Below, piece by piece: positions 22,182 through 31,096 of a DNA stretch of 32,520 nt. The stretch is from positions 1 through 32,520 of the forward strand of contig SXNB01000259.1 of assembly GCA_005777205.1 (NCBI GenBank), given 5' to 3'. Source of the stretch: Burkholderiales bacterium. Its GTDB lineage: Bacteria > Pseudomonadota > Gammaproteobacteria > Burkholderiales > SG8-39. The translations under genes were made by a program, and so were the position numbers. Position 1 is the stretch's first letter; every line of letters begins with the position of its first letter. The notes under the pieces are model-generated. The model was not told where the DNA came from and ran no database searches. It worked only from the letters and a program-made list of their open reading frames with translations.

Positions 22182-24070
22182 GGTCGGCCTCCTCGGCTCT
22201 CGGTAATCGCATTGATGGCCGAGCGAAGCGCCTGGCCACTGTTGAAGTTCTGTGGGCTCGCCGACGGAAGCGCGGCGTTCGGCGCTGCGGCGCCCGGGAG
22301 CCCAGGCATCGCGCCGGGCGTCATTCCTGGCAGCTGCGCACCTGCTCTCGCGGCGCGCATCAGCGCTTCCATGCCCTTCACATCGAACATGGTCAGGCTG
22401 TTCCGCAGCAGGGCTAGATCGAACTGCGGCCCGAACTTTTGGAACAGTTGCCCGAACATGTCGGACAGGAATTTCTGGCGCACCGGCGTCATCCCGCTCT
22501 CGCCGGCCATCGCCTGGATCTCGAAGCGGCCCTGGAAGGCCTCGCGGCCATAGGTGAGCATCTGCGGCGCACCGATCTCGTCAGGCACGACGATGGACTG
22601 CCCACCCGGCGCGAACTCGCGCAGGAGGCAGCGGTGCGTTTCGGCCACCTGGCCGATGAAGCGGAGTTTCAGATTGCGCTTTCGCGTGATCCGCGCGGAG
22701 CCGATCGTGAAGATGCGATCGCTCTCGGTCGCGGTTTCCGCGCCGCCCTGCGCCACGGCGGAGACGCCGGTGTTCTGGTCTACATCGTTCACCGCCTGCG
22801 CGATCTGCGTGTAGAGATCGCGCGGAACAGCGGTGGACTGGATCGTCTTGATGAGGTCATCCCATTTCGCGTCTTCAGGAACCTTGACCCCCACGGCCGC
22901 GCCGTCGGGCGATTTCATCGCGGCGTCCATTTCCTCCTGGGAAATGGATCCCATCCGGAACAGGACCAGCAGCTTCTGCTCGCGAGTCAGGTTGGCGGCG
23001 CGGGTTCGCAGCTTGTCGGCCTCCAGTCCGAGTACGCGGATGCTTTCGACCTGGCTGACGCCGAACGGCTGATCGTTGGCGGGGATCGGGATCAGGAAAC
23101 TGAAGGGCGACTTGTCCGGATGATCGAAAGTGACGGGCCACTGCTGGCGGCGCAGCTCGTACAGCTTCGACTGGACCGACTTCTCACCGCGGCGGCGACG
23201 GCCGGCCTGCTGGGTGAACTCGCTGCTCTCGATGAAATCGATCAGCTCACGCCGCCGCTTGTCCCAAATTGTGATATGGCGGACCGAGTCTTCTTCGAGC
23301 GACTCATCGGTCTGCGGATCTTCGCCGTACAGCGACTTCCTACGGATCGCCGACGGCTTGATGCCCTCCGGCACATCGAAGCCCCTTGCGCGCAGCGCGT
23401 CCAGCGTCGTGATCGCTTCGCGTCCGTGCCAGCTCGCGCTCCACATCGAGAACGCAGAGGCGTCGAACAGGAACTCCAGCGGCGACACGTAATCGTCCTG
23501 GACCGCCTCATAGATCACCTGGCGCCGCGTCGGCCGCGCGTAGAGGTCCTGCCCGGACTCGTCGGTCGCTGGAACGAAGCTGCCGTCCGGCTGCTCGACC
23601 ATCTGCAGTGCGGGCTCGCCGGGGACCTCGGCTTCTTCGGTGCGCCACCAGGTGTAGGTGATGCCGTGCCCGATCATGACCGCATCACGCGTCACCGCAT
23701 CGCACACGTCGCCCTGCCCCATGATGCCGCCGCCATACAGGCTCGAACGGATCGCGTACTCCACCAGGGCCTCGCGATGCGCATCGTCGCTTCCCATCGC
23801 GCGGGTGAAATCCTGCGCCGTGGCCTTGATGCTTACCTCGGGGATATCGAGCATCGCGAACGTCTGCTCCAGGTTCCGATGCACCAGGCCGATCTTGACC
23901 TGGTCGCCGGAGGGCAGCGTGACGTTCTGATCCTCGTTCTTGTCCCGGAGCGCGCGATAGGCGTGCGTGTGAAGTCGCGCATACAGCTGCCACTCGTTCT
24001 CGCAACGCTCGCGCCGCGTCCGCGCGTTGTTGATCTTGAGCGCCCAGGCGTCCGTGTCGGTTTCGCTCAT
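22178..24070 (-). CDS. Portal protein (630 aa)
   Basis: The ATG at 24070 has GGAG 7 nt upstream. It lies immediately downstream of the large terminase. Size and acidic composition fit a portal. The call is positional. Confidence 0.75.
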   Translation of the reverse strand: MSETDTDAWALKINNARTRRERCENEWQLYARLHTHAYRALRDKNEDQNVTLPSGDQVKIGLVHRNLEQTFAMLDIPEVSIKATAQDFTRAMGSDDAHREALVEYAIRSSLYGGGIMGQGDVCDAVTRDAVMIGHGITYTWWRTEEAEVPGEPALQMVEQPDGSFVPATDESGQDLYARPTRRQVIYEAVQDDYVSPLEFLFDASAFSMWSASWHGREAITTLDALRARGFDVPEGIKPSAIRRKSLYGEDPQTDESLEEDSVRHITIWDKRRRELIDFIESSEFTQQAGRRRRGEKSVQSKLYELRRQQWPVTFDHPDKSPFSFLIPIPANDQPFGVSQVESIRVLGLEADKLRTRAANLTREQKLLVLFRMGSISQEEMDAAMKSPDGAAVGVKVPEDAKWDDLIKTIQSTAVPRDLYTQIAQAVNDVDQNTGVSAVAQGGAETATESDRIFTIGSARITRKRNLKLRFIGQVAETHRCLLREFAPGGQSIVVPDEIGAPQMLTYGREAFQGRFEIQAMAGESGMTPVRQKFLSDMFGQLFQKFGPQFDLALLRNSLTMFDVKGMEALMRAARAGAQLPGMTPGAMPGLPGAAAPNAALPSASPQNFNSGQALRSAINAITESRGGRP

Positions 24071-24107
24071 GCATCACTCCGCTGGAGTTTTTCCTGAGAA
24101 ACGCAGA

Positions 24108-26189
24108 TCATCGGATCGCCCCCGTATCGAGCTGGCCGGTATCCCGGAGATAGCGCCGGAAGTGCTGCGCGAGAACCGGCGGAAGCTGGACAACCGGCGC
24201 CGAATCCACCGCCACAGCCTCGGGGATAGACTCATCCCCGACCATCAGCGACATCAGCGCCGCATCGGCAAGGTTGCCGCTCGGCTCATGAGTGCGCTTG
24301 AAGATGTCATCCTTGCTTTCCACCCAGATTCGCTTGCTCTCGTCCTCGTGCGCGCCCGGCGCGGCGAGCTGCTTGCGCAGGCGCTTCTGGCTCGTTTCAT
24401 CGAGCAGGGACAGCGAGCAGCGGAGGTTGGCGAACCAGCGCCGGCCGGCGTGGTGCCACATCTGGTCGCGCTTGCGGTAGTAGCGCGTGTTCGTCGCCTT
24501 ATTGCCGGCGTTGAAGAAGATCACCCGAACGCCAAGCTCGGGATGTTGGACGTGGTAGTAGTTCGCCAGGTGCTCCATCGCACCGCGCCCGACGCCATTG
24601 GCGTCGCCGATGATCGTGCGGGCGCCGTGCACCTCGACCGCGTCGATCGCCGCCCTCGCGGCGACAAGCGTCACATCGTCCGGCTTGTTCGGCGGAAGCC
24701 ACTCGTTGGCGTACACCGCCGCGAAACCGCGGCGCACGAACAACGCATGCTTGTCGCTGGACATCCCGAAGTCCATTGACACCACAGCGTGCTTGCGGGC
24801 GTCCTCGGGATCAGGCGCACGCGCCGCGGCGGCGTCGAACCACTGCGTCATGATGACCTGCTCGAAGTTGCTGCGCGGCGTCAGGCCGCGAACACGGACG
24901 CGGAACCGGTCCGATTCTTCGTCGCCGGCGCACTCACCCAGGATCGTCTCCCAGTACCGCGGTTCGACGAGGCCGCGAGCGCGCAGGTTGTGCATCCGTC
25001 CTCGGAGATCGCGGTACGGAAGGGGATACACGATGTCCCGATTGCTCATCCGGCAATCCAGTGGGTGCACCGCGTAGCGCTTGCGATCCTTCGTGTTCTC
25101 GGCGAAGCGGCCATCGGCGCGCGTGGCGTTGCCGATCTGGAGCAGGCGAGCGCCTGGCTCGGACAGCGCACCTTCCAGGACCTCGTAGATCTCGTTCGCG
25201 ACACCGGAGGCCTCTTCCACCGCGACGAAGATGCCGCCCGAGGGCGCCGCGTCACGCGTCTCGTTGAACAGCTTGGCGATGTCACCGAAGGCGTCGTCGT
25301 CGTCGAGTGCGTGCGCGCCTTGCAGGCCTTCCGGCTTGTCGGCGCGCGCTGTCCTGGCGACCACACTCCAGTCGGCGTAGTCGGGGTTTCGGTGGTTGAT
25401 GCTCGATCCGAGGATTTCCCACTCGGCCGCGATGGCCGGGTGCGCCTTCTGGAGCCGGCGGAACATCTTGCGCAGCTCACCCCACAGGCGACCGGACAGC
25501 TGCTCGGCCGTCGGCGCCGTGACCAGGATCATGCAAAACCGATGCGTGATGAGGAACAGCCAGATCGCCACTGCGAGAATGCGCGTCTTGCCCAGCCCGT
25601 GGCCGGACGGCGCCACGACCTGGCGCTTCGCATTGTTCGGGTCCAGCCCGTACAGCTCATAGACCGGCGCCGGCGAGTCGAAGAGGTCGAGCAGGATGTG
25701 CGCCTGGTACGGGAGCGGAACGACGCGCAGCGCTTCCACGCAGGCGCAGACCGGATCCACGCGCCAGCGCAACAACAGCTGCGCCAGCTTCGCGCTCTCC
25801 AGCTTTGGCGTCACCGACCATTCCCAGGCGATTCGCTCCGCCTCGGTCATCGCCCGGGCCGTGTGCTTCAGTGCATCCACCTCCGGCCCCGAGACCGGAA
25901 TGGCAATAGCGGGCGGCGCCGTCAGCGCTTCCGCTCCTTCCTGCGGCCTGCCCTCAAAACTGGCCGCGACTCCGGGTTTGCCATCCTGATCGGCGCGGAC
26001 ATGGCGTGTTTCGCGCGAGTTTGTGATTGGCAGGGGTTCCGGGGCCGCGGCCAAGTCCTGCCCACAAGGGAGAGGATGGGCGGGATCGTTGACAGGCTCG
26101 GCGCGCGCGGGGGGCGCCGCTGGGTCCGAACCTAGGTTGAGCAGTGCGAGGGCGAGCGGCGAAGGCGGCTGCTGGGGGCTGCTGCTCAT
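24108..26189 (-). CDS. terL: Terminase large subunit (693 aa)
   Basis: Walker A is APSGHGLGKT and Walker B-like is GIFVAVEEASG. C-terminal RNase-H-like nuclease acidic motifs are VVSMDFGMSSD and IIGDANGVGRG. The ATG at 26189 forms an ATGA overlap with the upstream 57-aa ORF. An N-terminal extension of about 150 aa is Pro/Ala-rich. Confidence 0.9.
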   Translation of the reverse strand: MSSSPQQPPSPLALALLNLGSDPAAPPARAEPVNDPAHPLPCGQDLAAAPEPLPITNSRETRHVRADQDGKPGVAASFEGRPQEGAEALTAPPAIAIPVSGPEVDALKHTARAMTEAERIAWEWSVTPKLESAKLAQLLLRWRVDPVCACVEALRVVPLPYQAHILLDLFDSPAPVYELYGLDPNNAKRQVVAPSGHGLGKTRILAVAIWLFLITHRFCMILVTAPTAEQLSGRLWGELRKMFRRLQKAHPAIAAEWEILGSSINHRNPDYADWSVVARTARADKPEGLQGAHALDDDDAFGDIAKLFNETRDAAPSGGIFVAVEEASGVANEIYEVLEGALSEPGARLLQIGNATRADGRFAENTKDRKRYAVHPLDCRMSNRDIVYPLPYRDLRGRMHNLRARGLVEPRYWETILGECAGDEESDRFRVRVRGLTPRSNFEQVIMTQWFDAAAARAPDPEDARKHAVVSMDFGMSSDKHALFVRRGFAAVYANEWLPPNKPDDVTLVAARAAIDAVEVHGARTIIGDANGVGRGAMEHLANYYHVQHPELGVRVIFFNAGNKATNTRYYRKRDQMWHHAGRRWFANLRCSLSLLDETSQKRLRKQLAAPGAHEDESKRIWVESKDDIFKRTHEPSGNLADAALMSLMVGDESIPEAVAVDSAPVVQLPPVLAQHFRRYLRDTGQLDTGAIR

Positions 26190-26359
26190 GCGCGCCTCGC
26201 GATCGTCTGGCGCAACAGCTGCTGGACCTTCAGCGGCGCAACGGCGTTCGCGCGCGCGGCCAGTGTCACCAGCGAAAGCCGAAAGCCCGGCAACTGGGCG
26301 ATGCGGCGCAGGACTTCGCCCGGAAGCGGTTCAGCGGCTGGCCGGGCGAAGGCTTCCAT
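26186..26359 (-). CDS. Hypothetical 57-aa ORF translationally coupled on both sides. It is below the ORF-track size cutoff.
   Basis: My hand translation gives MEAFARPAAEPLPGEVLRRIAQLPGFRLSLVTLAARANAVAPLKVQQLLRQTIARRA. Its ATG shares one base with the upstream stop (TGATG), and its TGA overlaps the TerL ATG (ATGA). Confidence 0.5.
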   Translation of the reverse strand: MEAFARPAAEPLPGEVLRRIAQLPGFRLSLVTLAARANAVAPLKVQQLLRQTIARRA

Positions 26360-27171
26360 CAGGCCGCCTCACCGGAAGAATCAAGATTTTTTCCGTCGAG
26401 GCTATTAACACCGCGGGGGCCGGCGGGGGGGGTATGGGGGGTGGCCGCCCGGGTGGCCCGCGCGCCGTAGGCTCCGCGAGCGCCAGCCAGCTCGAATCCA
26501 TCGGGCTGGATCAGCATCGGTTGGGGGTCGAAGAACGCACGAGGGCCGCCCTTGCCGATCACCTGTCCATCGGAGTCCAGGGTGACCGTCTGAGACTCAG
26601 GAGGCGCACCATCTGATTTGCCGTCGCCTGATCCGCCATCACAAGCCGTTGATTGTTCTGAACTTTCGCTATCGTCGCCGCCATCCAGGGACGTTTCCGG
26701 GCCTTCCGCGCCCTCGCCGACCATGCCCGGCAACCGCTCCAGTGCCTCCATCAGCGCCGACTTCCGGCCGCCACCGCCAGGGGGGTCATCGGAGGCCGGC
26801 GTCGCGATCGCATAGAGCTTGAGCACTTCGTCGCCGCGGCCTGCGAGCACCATGTCGCAGGCGATGCGAGCTGCGGCCTGGGTCGCCACCTCTTCCGGCG
26901 ATCCCGTCAGCCCCTTGAGTCGCCCGGCTTGCTCCAGGCCCGACTGCAGAGCATCCACCAACAGCCGCCGCGCCTGGCTGACACCGCGTTTCGGTGCGCC
27001 AGCTCCGGATCGCGCGCCGCCCCAGCTCACGCCGAAGCCCTCGTCCGCGCCATCTTGAAATCTTCCGGAGTCACCAACCCGCCCCCTGCGAACCACAATC
27101 GACGGCCCTGTTTTAGCAAAGTGTTGATTTAAGTACAACTCTAAATAGAGATAACGGCCTCCCAGCCTCAC
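26359..27171 (-). CDS. Putative small terminase or DNA-packaging protein, with an uncertain start
   Basis: The call rests on position directly upstream of TerL. The first ~25 codons from the GTG at 27171 are AT-rich and look non-coding. A GTG at 27030 preceded by GAGGG is a plausible start (224 aa). The N-terminal part is helical and the middle is acidic, Gly/Ser/Asp-rich and low in complexity. Confidence 0.45.
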   Translation of the reverse strand: MRLGGRYLYLELYLNQHFAKTGPSIVVRRGRVGDSGRFQDGADEGFGVSWGGARSGAGAPKRGVSQARRLLVDALQSGLEQAGRLKGLTGSPEEVATQAAARIACDMVLAGRGDEVLKLYAIATPASDDPPGGGGRKSALMEALERLPGMVGEGAEGPETSLDGGDDSESSEQSTACDGGSGDGKSDGAPPESQTVTLDSDGQVIGKGGPRAFFDPQPMLIQPDGFELAGARGAYGARATRAATPHTPPAGPRGVNSLDGKNLDSSGEAA

Positions 27172-27189
27172 TCCCTCTGCCGTTCCTTG

Positions 27190-27454
27190 GTCCCGGCCTG
27201 TCCCGTTCCTGTCCCGCTCTCGTCCCGTTCCTCATGGAAAACGATATCCCGTTACCCTTCAGGCAAATGCGACCGGCCGAGGCGCCCTACATTGACCGTG
27301 GTCCCGGTGTCCCGGCGTCAACCGGTCGAATGTCAGTTTCACCGGACTCAGGATCACTCTACAGGCCTCTACTTTTCCGGCGGGACAACCGGGACAATCG
27401 GTACGCACCTGTTTTAAATGGATTATTTTTTGTCCCGATCGGACCGCGGTCCCG
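27190..27454. repeat. Array of GTCCCG motifs (8 forward, 2 reverse) with an adjacent AT-rich tract. Candidate cosB/pac terminase-binding region or replication-origin iterons.
   Basis: Forward copies start at 27190, 27200, 27211, 27222, 27301, 27309, 27432 and 27449. Reverse copies (CGGGAC) start at 27381 and 27390. The first four are spaced 10, 11 and 11 bp apart. The AT-rich tract GTTTTAAATGGATTATTTTTT lies at 27411-27431. Confidence 0.7.
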
Positions 27455-27495
27455 ATTGCCTCTTGCTGGTCCGGCCCGGCGATGCCCCGAGCATG

Positions 27496-27526
27496 AAAAA
27501 GCCCGAGTGCCTTTCGACACCCGGGC
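27496..27526 (-). terminator. Rho-independent terminator after the primase/helicase gene
   Basis: On the minus strand the sequence is GCCCGGGTG-tcgaaagg-CACTCGGGC followed by TTTTT. The stem pairs 8 of 9 bp. It lies about 25 nt downstream of the stop at 27550. Confidence 0.7.
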
Positions 27527-27530
27527 TACT

Positions 27531-27547
27531 GTTGCAACTGATGCAAC
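27531..27547. promoter_or_regulatory. Operator-like palindrome GTTG-N9-CAAC
   Basis: GTTGcaactgatgCAAC has the same 4-9-4 architecture as the early-promoter operators. It lies between the primase stop codon and its terminator. Confidence 0.3.
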
Positions 27548-27549
27548 TA

Positions 27550-30500
27550 TCAGAGCAGCGACGATCCCTTCCGACGATACAAATCCGCCTGGCGCTCCGC
27601 GATGCGCTCGGCCTCGGTCACGTCCTCCCCTAGCAGGGTCGCACTGATCCAGTAAGCCGCAGGACGGACGCCGCCCAGCGATGGGATGCCGGGGCACTTG
27701 CAGGTACGCCGGTCGCCCTCGGATTTCATCAGGTTGCGCTCGCGCAGGGTCGCCACCACCAGTCGCGTGTCGTAGTCACCGCAAAGAGTGGCCAGCGCCT
27801 GAGGCATGACGAGAAACCACCGATTCTCTTCATGGTCCTTGTAGCGATATCCGAGCACGACGCGCTGAGGCGCGTTCTCGATGTCGTACATCGGGAAGCT
27901 GCCGATGTTCTCGATCATGTTCTCGCGCAGCTGCGCGACGCCGCGGTCCGCCTCGCTGCGCTCATTGCCGATCGAATCCAGCCAGCGCTTCGCCACCGCC
28001 AGCGTCGCCTCCATCACCTCAGCCACCGACCAGTCAATGACCTTTGCGCACTCCGGCCCAGCCTTGCCACCAGCAAGGGCCACCAACGCGAAGCGACGCA
28101 ACACGCGGCGCCCCTCGGGAGGTAGTTTCCCGCCGGATCCCGTGAGCTGCTTCGCCAGCCACTCCTCGATCATCTTCAGCTCGTCCTTCAGCTGGCCGAC
28201 GACGATGCTGGTGCCATGAGCTGCGTACTCCGCGAGCAGCCAGCGCACCAGCGCTGGCCCCGCCGAGCCGTAGAACTTCGCGCAGCTGGACTTCAGATCC
28301 TCCACGAAAACCTTCGTGTCAGTCGTGCCCCAGATCTTCTCCACAATCCCGCGCTCGCCGTTTTCCTTGTCCACCGGGATATCCACGATGCGCAAGAGCT
28401 GTCCGCCCTTCAGCGCCTGCTGCGCCTTCAGCGCCGTCTGGTGCAATGACACCTCGCCATTGCTGAAAATCAGCGTGCGCCAGCTGCGCGGCTTGCGCAG
28501 CCCGCCGTTGATCGTTGAGCGCTCCTTGCCCTTGCCGCCAGCCAGTTTATAGATCGCCTGGCCCACGTCCTGGATGTCCGTCTGCCCGATCTCATCCAGC
28601 GCCAGCAGCTGGTGGGAATGCAGCTCGGCGATCCCCTCCATTGCATTCACCGTCGCGTCCCATTTCCGGATCGCCGTGGACTCCGAATCGTTCGCAGGGT
28701 CGGCCGCGTTGCCCCAGACCGACATCGCCACCTGCGCGCACGTCGTCTTGCCGCCTGTCGTTGTCCCGTAGTAGTGGAAGCCGCCGCCCTGCTCCTCGCA
28801 GGGCCGCATCAACGGGCCTGCGAGGCCGATCATCAACGCGAACATCAACAGCGGATTCCCCCGCGCGCGCTTTGCCACCTGTTCCTGCCACTGCAGCAAA
28901 GTGCCCTCGGCGCGCATGGATTCGGCGTAGGACAGCGGCAGGTCGCTCTGATAGACGATCTCGTTTTCGGCCGAGCCGATCACCTGGTCAGGCAACACAA
29001 ACACCAGCTTTCCTGTGCTCTGCGCCGTGATCCAGCCCAGGCGGGAGGTCGATTGCACTCGCCGCGCGCATCCCCGCTGTTGCACTACCAGGTAGCGGCT
29101 CACCCACTTTTCCTTGCCTGGCAGCACCAGAGCGCCCTGGCTGGCCAGCAACTTCGCGAGCACATTGCCATGCTCGTACATCGTTTCAGACTGGACCGCC
29201 TGGCTGCGCAGCTTCCAGGTGCGATCGAAGAAGCGGATATTCACACCCTGCTCGTTGCTGCTGGTGCCAAACGTCAGCGCATCGATCCAGATCGGAGACA
29301 GCGAGATCGTCTCCACCTTGTCCTCGCCGCGGGGCATGTGCACCCCGTCCGCATCGATGACAAACGATCCGTAGATCTTCGGCCAGGGCAAGCCCGTATC
29401 CGGATGGTTCTCTACCTTTTCCTTTGCCCAGGGCCACTCCTCGCCAGGATCTGCTCCGCCCCTGTCCGGCGCCGGCCGGAGTTGGTGCCCGTCCATCCTC
29501 ACCGAACCATCACTTCGCGACGGCGCGGCCTGCTGAACATTGGCCCATACCGAGAGCCCCGCGGGCGAGCGCGTCGCCTTGTTGTTCGGAAGGCGACAGC
29601 CGCCACGCGGGCAACCGCCGAACCCCTTGTCCTGGATCGTTGAGCAGCGCCACGGCCCCATCATGTTCGCGCGCACCTCGGCGATCTTCGCCTCGGTGTC
29701 GGTCGGCGAGTACTTCGCGTGCGCCTCGCTGGCCTTGTGTATCCAGTCGTCGGCACTGAACCGCGCAGCCACCGAGATCATCGCCACCCACTGGTCATAC
29801 GTCAGTACCGCCGCCGTCGCCGGCGTCGAGGCGTGACGCATGAACGCGCAGCGCTCCACCACCGCCTCCAGATCCTCCGGCGGATCCAGCGGGCGATCGG
29901 GATCTCGCGCCTCGCGCGCCTGCTCCACCGTATCGTCGGGCTTGACCCCGTTCTCGCGCAGGAACTCCGAAACGCGGGCAGCCGGGTTGCGACCCTTTTC
30001 CAGGATCCAGCGCGTCCGCTCGATCGCATCAGGGATCACCTCCGCGTTGTCGTCGATCCACGCCGCGGAACCATTCGCGTAATTCACCCCGCCGCACATC
30101 GGCAACGCAATCAGGTTACCCAGGCCGCGCTTCGACAGCCGCGCCTGTGCCGGGAAAAACCGGTCGAACGTCGAGAAATCCTCCTCATCGCGCAACAGCT
30201 GCGACTCCTCGAACAGCCAGCGCCCCAGCGCCCTCGCCTCGCCCGCGTTCACCGGCGCATCGAAGAACAGCCAGACGTGATAGCCGCGCATCGAGCGCGA
30301 ACGCTCCACGATCGGCATGAAATCCTGGAACTCGCAGACCTCCACGAAGCGGCGGACTTCCGCCCAAACCTGATCGGGCTGCAGTGTCCCCTCGTGATCG
30401 TCGAAGTCGGCCGCGATGAACCTCGTCATTCCGTCCGGCGTCAGCGGATATACGCCCAGGCGCTCCTTTCCGCGGAGGTGCGTCACCAGCGCCGCAACAT

Positions 30501-30756
30501 CCAGCTTGCGCATCACAAAGCTATCGAAGCCGCGGCGATCCTTCGCCTTGTACTCCAGGACCAGCTCATCCGGCGCCGCCTCGTAATCCGGCGCCACCTT
30601 CTTGCCCTTCCAGGGCGACCAGCCCTTCACCAGCTCGCCGGTATCCTTGGCCTTGAACTCGTAGTAGCGGGCCGCCACATCACGGCGACCGCAGACCAGC
30701 TCCAGGAGCATCTGTGCCAGCTTCTGGAATTCCCCCTGCGTCGAAGGCCAGTTCAC
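27550..30756 (-). CDS. Replication protein (1068 aa): archaeo-eukaryotic-type primase-polymerase fused to a DUF927-like P-loop helicase
   Basis: The GTG at 30756 forms a GTGA overlap with the Cro-like stop. AEP motifs are FIAADFDDHEG (DxD), RGYHVWLFF (catalytic His) and DRFFP. A Cys cluster follows (WRCSTIQDKGFGGCPRGGC). Walker A is YGTTTGGKTT and Walker B is LLALDEIG. Confidence 0.85.
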   Translation of the reverse strand: MNWPSTQGEFQKLAQMLLELVCGRRDVAARYYEFKAKDTGELVKGWSPWKGKKVAPDYEAAPDELVLEYKAKDRRGFDSFVMRKLDVAALVTHLRGKERLGVYPLTPDGMTRFIAADFDDHEGTLQPDQVWAEVRRFVEVCEFQDFMPIVERSRSMRGYHVWLFFDAPVNAGEARALGRWLFEESQLLRDEEDFSTFDRFFPAQARLSKRGLGNLIALPMCGGVNYANGSAAWIDDNAEVIPDAIERTRWILEKGRNPAARVSEFLRENGVKPDDTVEQAREARDPDRPLDPPEDLEAVVERCAFMRHASTPATAAVLTYDQWVAMISVAARFSADDWIHKASEAHAKYSPTDTEAKIAEVRANMMGPWRCSTIQDKGFGGCPRGGCRLPNNKATRSPAGLSVWANVQQAAPSRSDGSVRMDGHQLRPAPDRGGADPGEEWPWAKEKVENHPDTGLPWPKIYGSFVIDADGVHMPRGEDKVETISLSPIWIDALTFGTSSNEQGVNIRFFDRTWKLRSQAVQSETMYEHGNVLAKLLASQGALVLPGKEKWVSRYLVVQQRGCARRVQSTSRLGWITAQSTGKLVFVLPDQVIGSAENEIVYQSDLPLSYAESMRAEGTLLQWQEQVAKRARGNPLLMFALMIGLAGPLMRPCEEQGGGFHYYGTTTGGKTTCAQVAMSVWGNAADPANDSESTAIRKWDATVNAMEGIAELHSHQLLALDEIGQTDIQDVGQAIYKLAGGKGKERSTINGGLRKPRSWRTLIFSNGEVSLHQTALKAQQALKGGQLLRIVDIPVDKENGERGIVEKIWGTTDTKVFVEDLKSSCAKFYGSAGPALVRWLLAEYAAHGTSIVVGQLKDELKMIEEWLAKQLTGSGGKLPPEGRRVLRRFALVALAGGKAGPECAKVIDWSVAEVMEATLAVAKRWLDSIGNERSEADRGVAQLRENMIENIGSFPMYDIENAPQRVVLGYRYKDHEENRWFLVMPQALATLCGDYDTRLVVATLRERNLMKSEGDRRTCKCPGIPSLGGVRPAAYWISATLLGEDVTEAERIAERQADLYRRKGSSLL

Positions 30757-31007
30757 GCCGCCCCCTCGGTCGGCGCGTAGCAGCCTTCATAGGTGAGCGG
30801 CGGATCTTCTGCCTTGAACTCCTCGATCAGCGCCGACGCGGCCCTAATCCCTGGCTTAGACTTGCCGGCCTTCCAGCACCAGACCGCATACCGACTCAAT
30901 CCGGTCGCCGCGCGTGCCCTGGCCACGTTCTTGCTGGTGGAAAGAATCCTTTGCAGCTGCGTCAGCGGAGCGTCCAATGTGGTGTCCTTGCGTTTTGAGT
31001 GTTGCAT
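30753..31007 (-). CDS. Cro/YdaS-like small HTH regulator (84 aa from the ATG at 31007, or 91 aa from the GTG at 31028)
   Basis: HTH-like segment: VARARAATGLSRYAVWCWKAGKSKP. It is the first gene of the leftward early operon and is divergent from the XRE repressor. Confidence 0.65.
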   Translation of the reverse strand: MQHSKRKDTTLDAPLTQLQRILSTSKNVARARAATGLSRYAVWCWKAGKSKPGIRAASALIEEFKAEDPPLTYEGCYAPTEGAA

Positions 31008-31096
31008 TAGTTGAAACCCTTTATGCACCAGAGGGTGCCCTGAGTGTTGGGTCAGCAGCCATAGATTGCGGAATGTTGGTTGGCGAACCTGTTGGG

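Noticed and set aside
27190-27454. The GTCCCG array as a CRISPR array
   Set aside because: The repeats are only 6-11 bp long, irregularly spaced (8-17 bp within clusters) and partly inverted. There is no repeat-spacer periodicity of the CRISPR type, and no cas genes are present.
27187-27647. Track ORFs 27187..27417 and 27234..27647 (plus) and 27359..27697 (minus) in the repeat-array region
   Set aside because: They span the GTCCCG repeats, the AT-rich tract and the terminator, run into the primase gene, and have no ribosome-binding sites. The region reads better as cis-acting DNA.
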